Assembly (NCBI GenBank): GCA_019358915.1
Contig: JAHHIM010000073.1
Span: forward strand, 96,001 to 160,000
Source of the DNA: Trichormus sp. ATA11-4-KO1
GTDB lineage: Bacteria > Cyanobacteriota > Cyanobacteriia > Cyanobacteriales > Nostocaceae
DNA length: 64,000 nt
Direction of reading: 5' to 3'
Shown here: piece after piece, positions 42,727 to 52,410 of the stretch
How the letters are laid out: each line of letters starts with the position of its first letter
How positions within the stretch are numbered: the first letter of the stretch is position 1
The notes under the pieces: generated by a model
Database searches by the model: none
What the model was told of the DNA's origin: nothing
Seen by the model: only the letters and a program-made list of their open reading frames with translations
Translations under genes and position numbers: made by a program

Positions 42727-43194
42727 ATGGAAATTCGACAACAGCAACTAGAAGCCGCCGATGCCATTTCACCAGAAGGTATCCTACCATCTGTAAGCGT
42801 CGAAGCCGAAAACTTACCTAAGCTACCTCCAGCTAAAGAACCTGAAGCTCAATGGCGTCGAGTTGTTAATCAAGTTTCTTACTTTTTAGAGCGGCTACCA
42901 GAATATTTAAGTAATTTTTTGCACAAAAATCAGCGACCTCTGATTAACATTGCTTTAGTTTTGTCAACAGTTGTCGCTGTCAAAATCGTACTAGCAGTAC
43001 TGGATGCAATCAATGATATTCCCTTACTATCACCAACTTTTGAATTGATTGGGATTGGTTACTTTGCGTGGTTTAGTTTGCGTTATCTCATCAAAGCTGA
43101 AACTCGCCAAGAATTAACTGAAAATATTCGCTCGCTGAAACAACAAATAATGGATGACGAAGCACCCAAATCGAATGATATTGTGTCTAGTTAA
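42727..43194 (+). CDS. CAAD-domain (CurT-like) membrane protein
   Basis: VLDAINDIPLLSPTFELIGIGY..WF..RYL...ETRQEL. Confidence 0.88.
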   Translation: MEIRQQQLEAADAISPEGILPSVSVEAENLPKLPPAKEPEAQWRRVVNQVSYFLERLPEYLSNFLHKNQRPLINIALVLSTVVAVKIVLAVLDAINDIPLLSPTFELIGIGYFAWFSLRYLIKAETRQELTENIRSLKQQIMDDEAPKSNDIVSS

Positions 43195-43226
43195 AAACTG
43201 ATCATTATCCTGAATTTTTACAGGAT

Positions 43227-43396
43227 TTCTAAACCTCTCTCCGCTTTAAGGCTACTGGACTGACAAGCCTAAAATGGTTCATTATAATTTTCTTGTGGTG
43301 CATCATTTTAGACTAGACACGCCACTACAAAAAAGCATTTGGAGTAATTCAATCATTTGTGTATACACTGTAGCTGCTTGAGAGAGAGGTTTAGAA
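43227..43396. mobile_element. MITE-like element with 15-bp terminal inverted repeats
   Basis: TTCTAAACCTCTCTC (43227-43241) and GAGAGAGGTTTAGAA (43382-43396) are perfect complements; noncoding interior. Confidence 0.5.
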
Positions 43397-43627
43397 TTGG
43401 CAACATCTCAACAAATATATTAGACGATGAGAAATTGCGACTATACAAACGTAGACGCTTATCGCTAAAGCATAAACTCCACTAACACGTAGTGTGCTAC
43501 GTCTAAAGACAGAGAAAATCAAACTATTTTATTTAAATTACTTCTCAGGATAGTAGATTTATTATTTTCAACAGCATAATCTAGGTCACGAAGTTATTCG
43601 ACAAATTCTTTAAAAAGGACATAAATT

Positions 43628-44032
43628 ATGACTAATAAAGCTAATAAAGCGATAGATTCATCTGAACGTGTAGATAAAGATACATATGATAGAGGAATAG
43701 TACCCGCCGAAACTGCTGCTCGGAAAGAGAGAGAAGGAGAAAACTACAAAACGCTCCCCACAGAAGAAAAGCAGGTAAATGCATCTACCGATGACCAAAC
43801 CGATGCAGAGAGCATAAATACTACTGACGGCTACACAGTAGACAAAGAAGGTTTATTAAATAACTACCCAGTTGAACCGGAAATGTACTATGAAGTACCA
43901 GGCGATGCACGACAAGAAGCAGCAGAAGACACCGCAGAACGTGTTGAAGAACTTTTAGAAGTGAATCAGGATCAAGAAGGTGAGTTGACAGAAAATCGTG
44001 ACAGCAGGGGTAAAGGCCCAGGAATAATTTAG
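43628..44032 (+). CDS. Acidic hydrophilic hypothetical protein
   Basis: AAGGA RBS; E/D/T-rich with GYTVDKEGLLNNYPVEPEMY motif. Confidence 0.8.
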   Translation: MTNKANKAIDSSERVDKDTYDRGIVPAETAARKEREGENYKTLPTEEKQVNASTDDQTDAESINTTDGYTVDKEGLLNNYPVEPEMYYEVPGDARQEAAEDTAERVEELLEVNQDQEGELTENRDSRGKGPGII

Positions 44033-44110
44033 TTAGTCACCGCCACTGTCCAGAATTTTAATAAAACTCCATCCCTAACCCTTCTCTTGCTAACGCGTGA
44101 GAGGGGTTTT

Positions 44111-44172
44111 TTGACATCCTCTCCCGCCTAAAGGCGTGACACGTCCGTTTTAATGTTAACTGCGGCGTTCAC
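44111..44172 (-). mobile_element. IS200/IS605-family remnant: TnpB C-terminal codons plus right end
   Basis: Minus strand encodes VNAAVNIK, then hairpin CGCCTTTAGGCG and terminus GAGGATGTCAA. Confidence 0.6.
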
Positions 44173-44867
44173 CTCGATGAATGGGATGATTTTAGTCTCA
44201 CACAAAGTCGCGATCGCAGTAGTGTTGCGTAACAAAGAGTAGGCGCAAAGAGGAAGGTTCACCGATCATTTGTACTTTGTCTATACAAGTAATTTCATTA
44301 ATCAGATTAGATTACTATAGTTTCATTGTCGCCAAGTTTGCATAGCGTGTTGGAAGTTGTATTCTATTTGCATAGGCTGAAAAAAGTGAGATGCTTCCCT
44401 AATTTTTCCTCTCTTGTTAATAGGTATATTTCTCAAAATTTTAACATCAGATTTTTGATACACTTTTTAAATTAGTATTGAGTGCTTATTTAAACAATAC
44501 TTAGATCGAGATTTTGAATATGCTAATCTTGATTTTAAATTTATGTATATGCCGTAACTATTTTGTTTTTCTTAATATTTTTATTATCCAAAAAATATGC
44601 TATTTATTTTATGTGGTTCCATGGTAGTCTACATTCGATTCTAAAAAACTTGATATTAACCGCATGAAAGCAATTAGCTAATTCAAGAAGCTCTAATTGC
44701 TGTAAAGACTGGATTATATACAAAATATAGTATTTGCTAATCAATCAGTATTTTAGTAAAGCAAAGACACCGATATATTAGAGATTGATTATCATAGAGT
44801 TATTAACTTTCAGATTGAGTTAACACTGAAAACGATATCTGAACCTTCGCAAACAGGTTATTTTAAC

Positions 44868-46163
44868 ATGTTCGCCTCCAAAATCTTAGTTGTTGAAGAT
44901 GAAAAACTCCTAGCGTTAAATATTATAAATACTTTACAGAAGTTAGGATACAATGTTCCGGAAATCACTTATTCTGGAGAGGAAGCAATAAAAAAAGTAT
45001 CAGAAACGCATCCACATCTAGTATTAATTGATATATCCTTATCAGGAGAAATCGATGGTGTGAAAGTAGCAGATACTATCCAGAAAGATTTCCATATTCC
45101 CGTATTGTATTTAATTGAGTATTCAGAATATAAATTACATAATCAGCGACTAAGTGAGCCTTTTAGCTATATATTGAAACCGTTTGCAGAAACAGACCTG
45201 CACATTGCTGTAGAAATGGCTATTTATAAGCACCAGGTTAAGCAACAATTGCAGGAAGAAAAACAAAGACTGGAGTCAGTGATTGACAGTATGCCCTGTG
45301 CAGTAATTGTCACATATACCAGTGGTTGTATCCAAATGATGAATCCAATGGCAGAAGCACTAACTGGTTGGCAGCAAGATGAAGCATTTGGGAGAGATTT
45401 AGCAGAAGTTGTAAATTTAGTTGACAAAGATATGGACGAAGCAATTGAGAATTTAGCCACACAGGTAATGGAAGCAGGAGAGGTTTTGAACCTACCAGAA
45501 AACTGTACGCTGATTGCCAAAGATGGTAGAGAAATACCGATTGGAGATAATATCGCACCCATCCGCGATCGCAATGGCCAAATTACGGGTGCGGTGTTAG
45601 TTTTTCAAGACATTACTCAACGTAAGCAGATGGAAGCGCAACTGCTGCGGAATGCTTTTTATGACGGACTAACAGCACTACCCAATCGAGTGTTATTTTT
45701 AGATCGACTCAAGCAAGCAATAGAACGCAGCAAACGACGCACCGATTATCGATTCGCGGTTTTGTTTTTGGATTTAGATGGCTTCAAAGGAATTAACGAT
45801 CGCTTTGGGCATGGCATGGGGGATAATTTTTTAGTCGCGATCGCCCGCCGCTTAGAGTCGTGTGTACGCAGTGGCGATACTGTAGGGCGATTTGGTGGTG
45901 ATGAATTTGCCGTACTGTTAGAGGAAATTAAAGACGTTACTGATGCCACAAACGTCGCCAAACGGATTCAAGACACCTTAGGGTTGCCACTTAGCCTCAA
46001 TGGACATCAGATATACACCACAGCCAGCATTGGTATTGCCTTGAATAGCGGTGGTTACGATGAACCTGAAAGCCTACTGCGGGATGCAGATATTGCCATG
46101 TACCGTGCTAAAAAGCAGGGAAAAGCTCGTTATGGCGTATTTGATCAGGCTACCAATTGTTAA
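44868..46163 (+). CDS. Receiver-PAS-GGDEF diguanylate cyclase
   Basis: ILVVEDE receiver, PAS, DGLTALPNR, RSGD I-site, RFGGDEF active site; no EAL domain. Confidence 0.92.
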   Translation: MFASKILVVEDEKLLALNIINTLQKLGYNVPEITYSGEEAIKKVSETHPHLVLIDISLSGEIDGVKVADTIQKDFHIPVLYLIEYSEYKLHNQRLSEPFSYILKPFAETDLHIAVEMAIYKHQVKQQLQEEKQRLESVIDSMPCAVIVTYTSGCIQMMNPMAEALTGWQQDEAFGRDLAEVVNLVDKDMDEAIENLATQVMEAGEVLNLPENCTLIAKDGREIPIGDNIAPIRDRNGQITGAVLVFQDITQRKQMEAQLLRNAFYDGLTALPNRVLFLDRLKQAIERSKRRTDYRFAVLFLDLDGFKGINDRFGHGMGDNFLVAIARRLESCVRSGDTVGRFGGDEFAVLLEEIKDVTDATNVAKRIQDTLGLPLSLNGHQIYTTASIGIALNSGGYDEPESLLRDADIAMYRAKKQGKARYGVFDQATNC

Positions 46164-46316
46164 CTTATTTTATCCAAAACACTTAATCCAGGGGCATTTA
46201 CCGATATTTGGTACAATAAAGCATTTTTTATTTGCTAAGAAATATTAATTATTTAAAACACTAAAATTATTCAGCCTATTGAAAAAAACCAGACTTTGAA
46301 GTTCCATGTGCGATTA

Positions 46317-46420
46317 GTTGCTGATTATTAAGTATGGATTTTGCTCACGCAGAGGAGCCACTGCGTTGGGCGGGTCTCCCGACTTGTAGCAAGTGGCGTG
46401 CGCTCCAGACGCAGAGAGTT
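46317..46420. repeat. Small dispersed repeat nested in ACGCAGAG octamers
   Basis: GCCACTGCGTTGGGCGGGTCTCCCGACTTGTAGCAAGTGGC hairpin between CACGCAGAG and ACGCAGAG; leader GTTGCTGATT shared with the 10316 region. Confidence 0.6.
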
Positions 46421-46440
46421 AGAGGTGAGAAAGTTGATTG

Positions 46441-46635
46441 TCATTGGTCTCTACCTGCTGCTTCGCAATGCTGGTTTAAGCGTTCAGCTATCTCCACGGC
46501 GGCAATAATCAATTGCTGTTCCATTTGTCCACAACCTGCCTCATCACTGACTTTTGGGTAAATGTGGGGATTGGATAGCATGGCTGCAAGTAACTGAGAT
46601 GCAGTTTGTTTTAATTCATTAACTTGTGAGTTCAC
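46441..46635 (-). CDS. Small hypothetical protein
   Basis: Starts 4 bp after the upstream stop with a GGAGG RBS; QLLAAMLSNPHIY motif. Confidence 0.65.
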   Translation of the reverse strand: MNSQVNELKQTASQLLAAMLSNPHIYPKVSDEAGCGQMEQQLIIAAVEIAERLNQHCEAAGRDQ

Positions 46636-46639
46636 ACGC

Positions 46640-47269
46640 TTATTTCCTCCAGTCTAATGGTGGTTCAATTAAGGTTTGATCAGATTTGCCAGCACGAACA
46701 CCCGGTTTATCAACAATCTTGACGGTGCTAGCTTGGGGGCCTTCTTCGCCCTGTTCCAGGGCAAAATGTACACCAGTGCCAATTTCCAAGCGTTCAAAGT
46801 CGTCATGTAATACGCTATTGTGGTGGAAGTAGATTTCTTGACCATCCAAAGTTTTCAGAAAGCCATAACCCTGGTCTCGAAACAGCTTGGTGACAAGTGC
46901 GGTTGTTTCCTGAGCTTGCTCATGACTTTGGGAGCGATCGCTTTCATGTTGGCGCTGATTCAGTTTAATAAGTTGCTGACGAGCGGCATTAAAGGCATCC
47001 CTAATTACTGCATCTAAAGGGTCATATTGGTTACTCTCACCCGGATTGCTTTCTGCCACAATTTCGTGACCCGGTGGTACTGTAATATCAATTCGCACTC
47101 GATAGGGAGAACCGCTACGGGGGCGATCGTGTGTCTTTTCAATGGCTATATGGCAGCTATTAATGTAATTACAAACATGCTCTAATTTGGCAATTTTTTC
47201 ATGAACTAAGGTATCAATTGCATTTGTTTTCTCGACATTGCGATAGGTGATTTCTGGGGGAATTTTCAT
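46640..47269 (-). CDS. HPF/RaiA ribosome-associated domain fused to a cold-shock domain
   Basis: EITYRN...KIAKLE...YRVRIDITVPPG...IRDAF, then GYGFL...IYFH..SV...GPQAS; ATG taken at 47269. Confidence 0.88.
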   Translation of the reverse strand: MKIPPEITYRNVEKTNAIDTLVHEKIAKLEHVCNYINSCHIAIEKTHDRPRSGSPYRVRIDITVPPGHEIVAESNPGESNQYDPLDAVIRDAFNAARQQLIKLNQRQHESDRSQSHEQAQETTALVTKLFRDQGYGFLKTLDGQEIYFHHNSVLHDDFERLEIGTGVHFALEQGEEGPQASTVKIVDKPGVRAGKSDQTLIEPPLDWRK

Positions 47270-47345
47270 ATTTTCGTCAAAATTCAAATAAGCAACAGCC
47301 AAAAGTAATTCCGGGTATGCTAACTAGTTGTCAGGTGATATTCGT

Positions 47346-47999
47346 CTAACTCAGCACTTTTAAGTCTGGAGCTTTTGTTAGTAAGTCGCGGACTTCATCA
47401 TCTGTAGTTTGGGGAAAGTCTTCATACCACAAACCAACACTATAAAAGGGGCTAGGTGTTGCAGCACAGACTATATCGTCTACCGCTTCTGCCAACTCTT
47501 GGCAGGTTTCGGTTGCAGCCACCGGTACTGCAATCACAATCAGCGCAGGTTGCTGTCGTCGCACAGAGGCCACAGCAGCCCACATGGTGGCACCAGTTGC
47601 TAAACCATCATCTACCAAAATAACTGTACGTCCTTGTAAATCAGGGAAAGGGCGATCGCCTCGATAAAGCTGTTCTCGACGTTCTAACTCTCGTTCTTCT
47701 TGCACTGCGACTCTGGCAATTGTTTCATCGGAGATATTTACCAAGTTGACGATGTGTTCATTAATTATCCGCACACCACCCGAAGCAATTGCCCCCATTG
47801 CCAATTCTTCTTGCTCTGGTACACCTAATTTACGTGCCACAAGTACATCTAAAGGGACATTTAAGGCCTTGGCAATTTCAAAGGCGACGGGTATACCACC
47901 CCTGGGCAGTCCTAACACTATTACATCTGAGCGATTAGCATAATCTGCTAACTCCCCAGCCAAAAATTGACCTGCGGCTGTTCGGTTTTTAAATAGCAT
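47346..47999 (-). CDS. Phosphoribosyltransferase family protein
   Basis: GLPRGG, RKLGVP, VILVDDGLATGAT PRPP motif; ATG taken at 47999. Confidence 0.9.
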   Translation of the reverse strand: MLFKNRTAAGQFLAGELADYANRSDVIVLGLPRGGIPVAFEIAKALNVPLDVLVARKLGVPEQEELAMGAIASGGVRIINEHIVNLVNISDETIARVAVQEERELERREQLYRGDRPFPDLQGRTVILVDDGLATGATMWAAVASVRRQQPALIVIAVPVAATETCQELAEAVDDIVCAATPSPFYSVGLWYEDFPQTTDDEVRDLLTKAPDLKVLS

Positions 48000-48361
48000 G
48001 GTGTCACGCTCCTGATTTTGTCTCAGAAATGTGCATTTAAGCGTTAACACACATTTATCCTTGACTTTCTGCCTCAAGTAAAGGATTGAATTCTGATGAC
48101 TGTTTTTCTCTTCTCAATAGATCCTAGAAAGCTAAGCATTGTCTGTCCTCTGACTAACGAGGCGATATAGCCAATTTATTGTTCTATCTAATGGAGGAGT
48201 TACTGATTTTGTCACAAATTCTGTAACAGCAATGTGATTTTAACTGGCATTCGTCTAGCATTGAGGAAAAAGCTCCGGGTAATCCCTGAATAAAGCGGTA
48301 ATTTTGTTCAAAGATATACGTGATTATCAAATTCTATTTCTGGGCTTGTTCCTTGTCTTGG

Positions 48362-48748
48362 GATTTGATTGTCTACATTCTCTCACCTAAAGGTCAGGCA
48401 GAAATCACAAACTACCGCACAGTGAAAATTCCTACTAATGCCAACATTCCTATATTTATAAAAGATGAATTTAGCAATTTCTACAAGTCCATGTTTCAAA
48501 CTTCTTATACAAAAGAAGATCAGAAAGTTGCCTTTCTAGAATATGCCTGGGATATGGGCAATTGCGACCCCTGTTCCGCCGACCCCTTGAACCGAGAAGA
48601 AATGCAGCAAGCAGGCCTATTTTGGCTTGATGATAATTCAGCAAGTATGCCAGATGCCTTGCTAACCAACTGGCAGATCCAAGACATTCGCCAAAAAATG
48701 AAGTTAAGCGTCGGTAATTTGACTAATTCTTGGTGGCAAATTTTCTGA
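48362..48748 (+). pseudogene. C-terminal remnant of a DUF2330-like gene
   Basis: DLIVYILSPKGQAEITNYRTV...FLEYAWDMGNCDPCSADPL resembles the DUF2330 C-terminal half; N-terminus absent, internal stretch apparently deleted. Confidence 0.65.
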
Positions 48749-48905
48749 TCTTGGTTAAATTTATAGTCCAATTACAGTTTAATAAAAATTTGGGGTTGGG
48801 GAAATTAAACATGAGACAATATCACGACACAAGGTATTTCTCTAGACTTGATTTCATCCAAAATACCAAGATATCATTGCTTTCTTCGCCCAGTCCCAAA
48901 TTGTC

Positions 48906-49556
48906 ATGGTTGAATTCGATGCCCAACTACGTAACTTAGTTGCCCAAGCCTGTGGATACCCACCTGGAAGCCCTCAGCGTCAAAAGCTGCTCACACAAAT
49001 TATTCGCCTAACAGCCAGTAGACTTTGGCGGGAAAGTACTCCCTACTATCAAGATGCACTGCAACAAACTTGGTTATATTTTTGCCGCAACGTTTGTGAT
49101 GGTTTGACAGGTCAGACTTACGATCCTAGCTATGGCAGTGTCATAACTTGGTTAAATGCTTATCTAAAACGTAGACTACAAGACTTTTATCTAGACCAGC
49201 AAAACACACAGGCTACAACAGTTTCTGTCAAGCTGCATCAGTTTAAGTCGGGTGAAAGTAGCGAAACCATTGATCCAGTAGATAATTTGCCAGCTAGTCC
49301 CCAAGCACCTCCCATTTTAGAAAACTTGGAAATATGGGCTAAGACAGACTCAGATGGAGAACTACGTAGTACTCACATTAAAGGACACCCAGAGGTGAAT
49401 TGTCAGGTGTTAATCCTCAAACGCCTACCCCCAGAAGTTAGCTGGAAAGATTTATCCAGAGAATTCGGGCTGCCAATTCCGACTTTAAGCAGTTTTTATC
49501 AGCGTCAGTGCCTACCACGTTTACGTAAATTTGCTGAGTTGGAGGGCTTGTTGTAG
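48906..49556 (+). CDS. Sigma-70-like (ECF-size) factor
   Basis: Region-2-like YQDALQQTWLY...YDP..GSVITWLNAYLKRRL; region-4-like SWKDLSREFGLPIPTLSSFYQR. Confidence 0.75.
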   Translation: MVEFDAQLRNLVAQACGYPPGSPQRQKLLTQIIRLTASRLWRESTPYYQDALQQTWLYFCRNVCDGLTGQTYDPSYGSVITWLNAYLKRRLQDFYLDQQNTQATTVSVKLHQFKSGESSETIDPVDNLPASPQAPPILENLEIWAKTDSDGELRSTHIKGHPEVNCQVLILKRLPPEVSWKDLSREFGLPIPTLSSFYQRQCLPRLRKFAELEGLL

Positions 49557-49560
49557 ATCC

Positions 49561-52227
49561 ATGACTAAAGCAACTAGGGTTTGTTGTCCAAATTCTGGAG
49601 TGAGAAACCGGAAGAAAAAAGGTAAGATGTTTCTGCCTTTGTACTTCCTGATAGCTTTACTGTGTATCCTTAGTTCACCCGTGCTGGGAAAAATGCCGAT
49701 CGCCCTCAACGAATCATCTCAAGCGATCACTTCTGTAAATTCTTCTCCAGCATCTCACTGGCAACAAGGTAAAATATTATACGATGCCGGGCAGTTTGCG
49801 GCAGCAGTGCAGATATTACAGCAAGCAGCACAGGAATACCAGCAGCAGGGAGATCACCTGAGACAAGCTACCACCTTGAGCAATTTATCCCTAGCTTATC
49901 AACAACTAGGTGCTTGGAATGAGGCACAACGGGCAATTACAGACAGCTTGAATTTATTGAGAGGACAGGAGAAAAACCAACATCTGCTAGTACTTGCTCA
50001 ATCACTAGATATTCAAGGTCGTCTGCAACTAGCCACGGGACAAACAGAAGCAGCTTTAACAACATGGCAACAGACAGCAGAACTTTACAGACAAGTAAAA
50101 AATCAAAATGGCGTAGTGCGATCGCAGATCAATCAAGCACAGGCGTGGCGGACTCAAGGATTTTATCGTCGGGCTGTAGAAATCCTCGAAGCGGCAACTG
50201 AGCAATTAAAATCTCAACCAGACTCCCTAGCAAAAGCAGTAGGATTGCGATCGCTCGGTGATGCCCTTTTGGTAGCGGGGAATCATAAAAAATCACAAGT
50301 TGCTCTCCAGGAAAGTTTGAATATTGCTCAACGCCTACAATCCAGCACTGACATCGGGGCTAGCCTTTTTAGTTTGGGGAACAACGCTCTAGCACAGCAG
50401 CAAAAACAACAGGCAATTACTTATTATCAGCAAACAGTTCAATTATCCCCCTCGCCCTTGACAAAAGTCCAAGCGCAACTCAATCAACTCAGTTTGCTCA
50501 TTGAAGATCGAAAACTAGCAGAAATTGCAACTTTACTACCATCAATTCAATCCCAACTCAAAGAGCTACCCCCCAGCCGTGGTGCAATTTACGCCCAGAT
50601 TAACTTTGCACAAAGTTTGATGAAATTGGGCAGAGGAGCAGAGGCGACTACTAGTATAAGTTCTTCCCCAATCCCCAACACTCAAGATTTAGCAAAATTA
50701 CTCGCCACTTCCGTCCAACAATCGCGTAGTTTGGGCGATCAGCAAGCAGAAGCTTATGCACTTTTGAGCTTGGGTAGTTTGTACGAGCGGAATCAGCAGT
50801 GGTCAGAAGCGCAAAAGCTGACCCAGCAGGCATTAAGTTTAGCTCAGGCGAATAACGCCCTGGAAATTGCTTATCGCTCGGAGTGGCAGTTAGGTAGATT
50901 ACTTTGGGTACAAAAAGACATTCAGGGCGCGATCGCCGCTTATGATGCTGCTACGGCAACTCTCAAATCTCTCCGCAGTGACTTAGTAGCAGTTAATCAA
51001 AATGTGCAATTTAATTTCCGGGATAGTGTCGAACCAATATACCGCCAATCAGTAGATTTACTATTACACTCCCAACCAGGAAAACTGGATGAAAAAACTT
51101 TAGATAAAGCCCGGCACAGAATTGAGGCATTGCAATTGGCAGAATTAGATAACTTCTTTCGAGAAGCTTGTCTACAAGGTAATACAGTAACCATAGATCA
51201 AGTAGTAGAACAAGATAATACAACTGCTGCCATCCTTTACCCAATTATTCTCCCCGAACAAATTCAGGTAATTGTCAAAATTCCCCATAAACCTCTACAA
51301 CATTACAGTACCAACATTAATCAAACAGAAGTAGATCAAGTTTTAACAAAACTGCGAAATCATCTGGTTAATCCTGCTGCTACCAACGCCATCAAAACCC
51401 AATCACAACAAGTTTACAAGTGGCTGATTCAACCCATTGAGTCGGAATTATCAGCCAGTAAAGTGAATACCCTAGTATTTGTTCTAGATGGAGCGTTACG
51501 TAATTTACCAATGGCTGCACTCTATGATGGACAGAAATACTTAATTGAAAAATATGCGATCGCCCTCAGCGTTGGTCTGCAACTCCAAAACCCCAAACCC
51601 CTACTACCACAAAAACTCAGAGCTTTAATTGCCGGGCTAACTCAGCCACCAGAGGATTTCCCCAACTTTTCACCCTTACCTGCCATCAAGTCTGAAGTTA
51701 ATTCCATTGCTAGCGCCGGAGTCTCCATCACCAGTCTGCTAGATCAGCAGTTCACCCGCAAGGCACTGGAAAAGCATGTGAATGCTACTTCATTCAATGT
51801 AGTGCATCTGGCAACTCATGGTCAGTTTAGCTCTAGCGCTGAGAAAACCTTTATTTTGGCTGCCGATGGCGCGATCAATGTTACACAATTTGATAGTTTG
51901 CTTCGCAGTCGGGATGAGACTCAACTGCAAGCTGTAGAACTATTAGTTTTGAGTGCTTGCCAAACAGCAACAGGAGACAACCGTGCAGCCCTGGGGCTAG
52001 CGGGAGCAGCAGTACGAGCAGGGGCACGTAGTACCTTGGCTTCTTTGTGGCAGATTGATGATGAATCTACAGCCTTGTTTGTTGGTGATTTCTATCGAGA
52101 ACTTCAGAAAGGTAATGTCACCAAAGCCGCAGCATTGCGCCATGCTCAACTCCAACTACTACAACATCCTAATTACAGGGCACCAAGCTTTTGGTCTACC
52201 TATGTGTTAATTGGTAATTGGTTGTGA
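49561..52227 (+). CDS. TPR-CHAT (caspase/HetF-like) protease with N-terminal hydrophobic segment
   Basis: TPR-like helices; VHLATHGQF (His) and VLSACQTA (Cys), ASLWQIDD, FWSTYVLIGNWL. Confidence 0.92.
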   Translation: MTKATRVCCPNSGVRNRKKKGKMFLPLYFLIALLCILSSPVLGKMPIALNESSQAITSVNSSPASHWQQGKILYDAGQFAAAVQILQQAAQEYQQQGDHLRQATTLSNLSLAYQQLGAWNEAQRAITDSLNLLRGQEKNQHLLVLAQSLDIQGRLQLATGQTEAALTTWQQTAELYRQVKNQNGVVRSQINQAQAWRTQGFYRRAVEILEAATEQLKSQPDSLAKAVGLRSLGDALLVAGNHKKSQVALQESLNIAQRLQSSTDIGASLFSLGNNALAQQQKQQAITYYQQTVQLSPSPLTKVQAQLNQLSLLIEDRKLAEIATLLPSIQSQLKELPPSRGAIYAQINFAQSLMKLGRGAEATTSISSSPIPNTQDLAKLLATSVQQSRSLGDQQAEAYALLSLGSLYERNQQWSEAQKLTQQALSLAQANNALEIAYRSEWQLGRLLWVQKDIQGAIAAYDAATATLKSLRSDLVAVNQNVQFNFRDSVEPIYRQSVDLLLHSQPGKLDEKTLDKARHRIEALQLAELDNFFREACLQGNTVTIDQVVEQDNTTAAILYPIILPEQIQVIVKIPHKPLQHYSTNINQTEVDQVLTKLRNHLVNPAATNAIKTQSQQVYKWLIQPIESELSASKVNTLVFVLDGALRNLPMAALYDGQKYLIEKYAIALSVGLQLQNPKPLLPQKLRALIAGLTQPPEDFPNFSPLPAIKSEVNSIASAGVSITSLLDQQFTRKALEKHVNATSFNVVHLATHGQFSSSAEKTFILAADGAINVTQFDSLLRSRDETQLQAVELLVLSACQTATGDNRAALGLAGAAVRAGARSTLASLWQIDDESTALFVGDFYRELQKGNVTKAAALRHAQLQLLQHPNYRAPSFWSTYVLIGNWL

Positions 52228-52246
52228 TTGTGGCACAGTGTATAGC

Positions 52247-52272
52247 AGAGGTGGCAAATTCTCCACCTCTTT
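52247..52272 (+). terminator. Intrinsic terminator after the CHAT gene
   Basis: AGAGGTGG-loop-CCACCTCT followed by TT. Confidence 0.55.
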
Positions 52273-52410
52273 GGTAAAACTTCAGGTGTTACTGATTAAA
52301 TTTAATTTCTGGATCTGTCTATACTACTGACCTAAATATTTTTATTGTTGATTGAGTGTATAAATTAGTGTTAAGTTTGGGCTTTCGTACCAAACACACA
52401 AGGGTATTTT

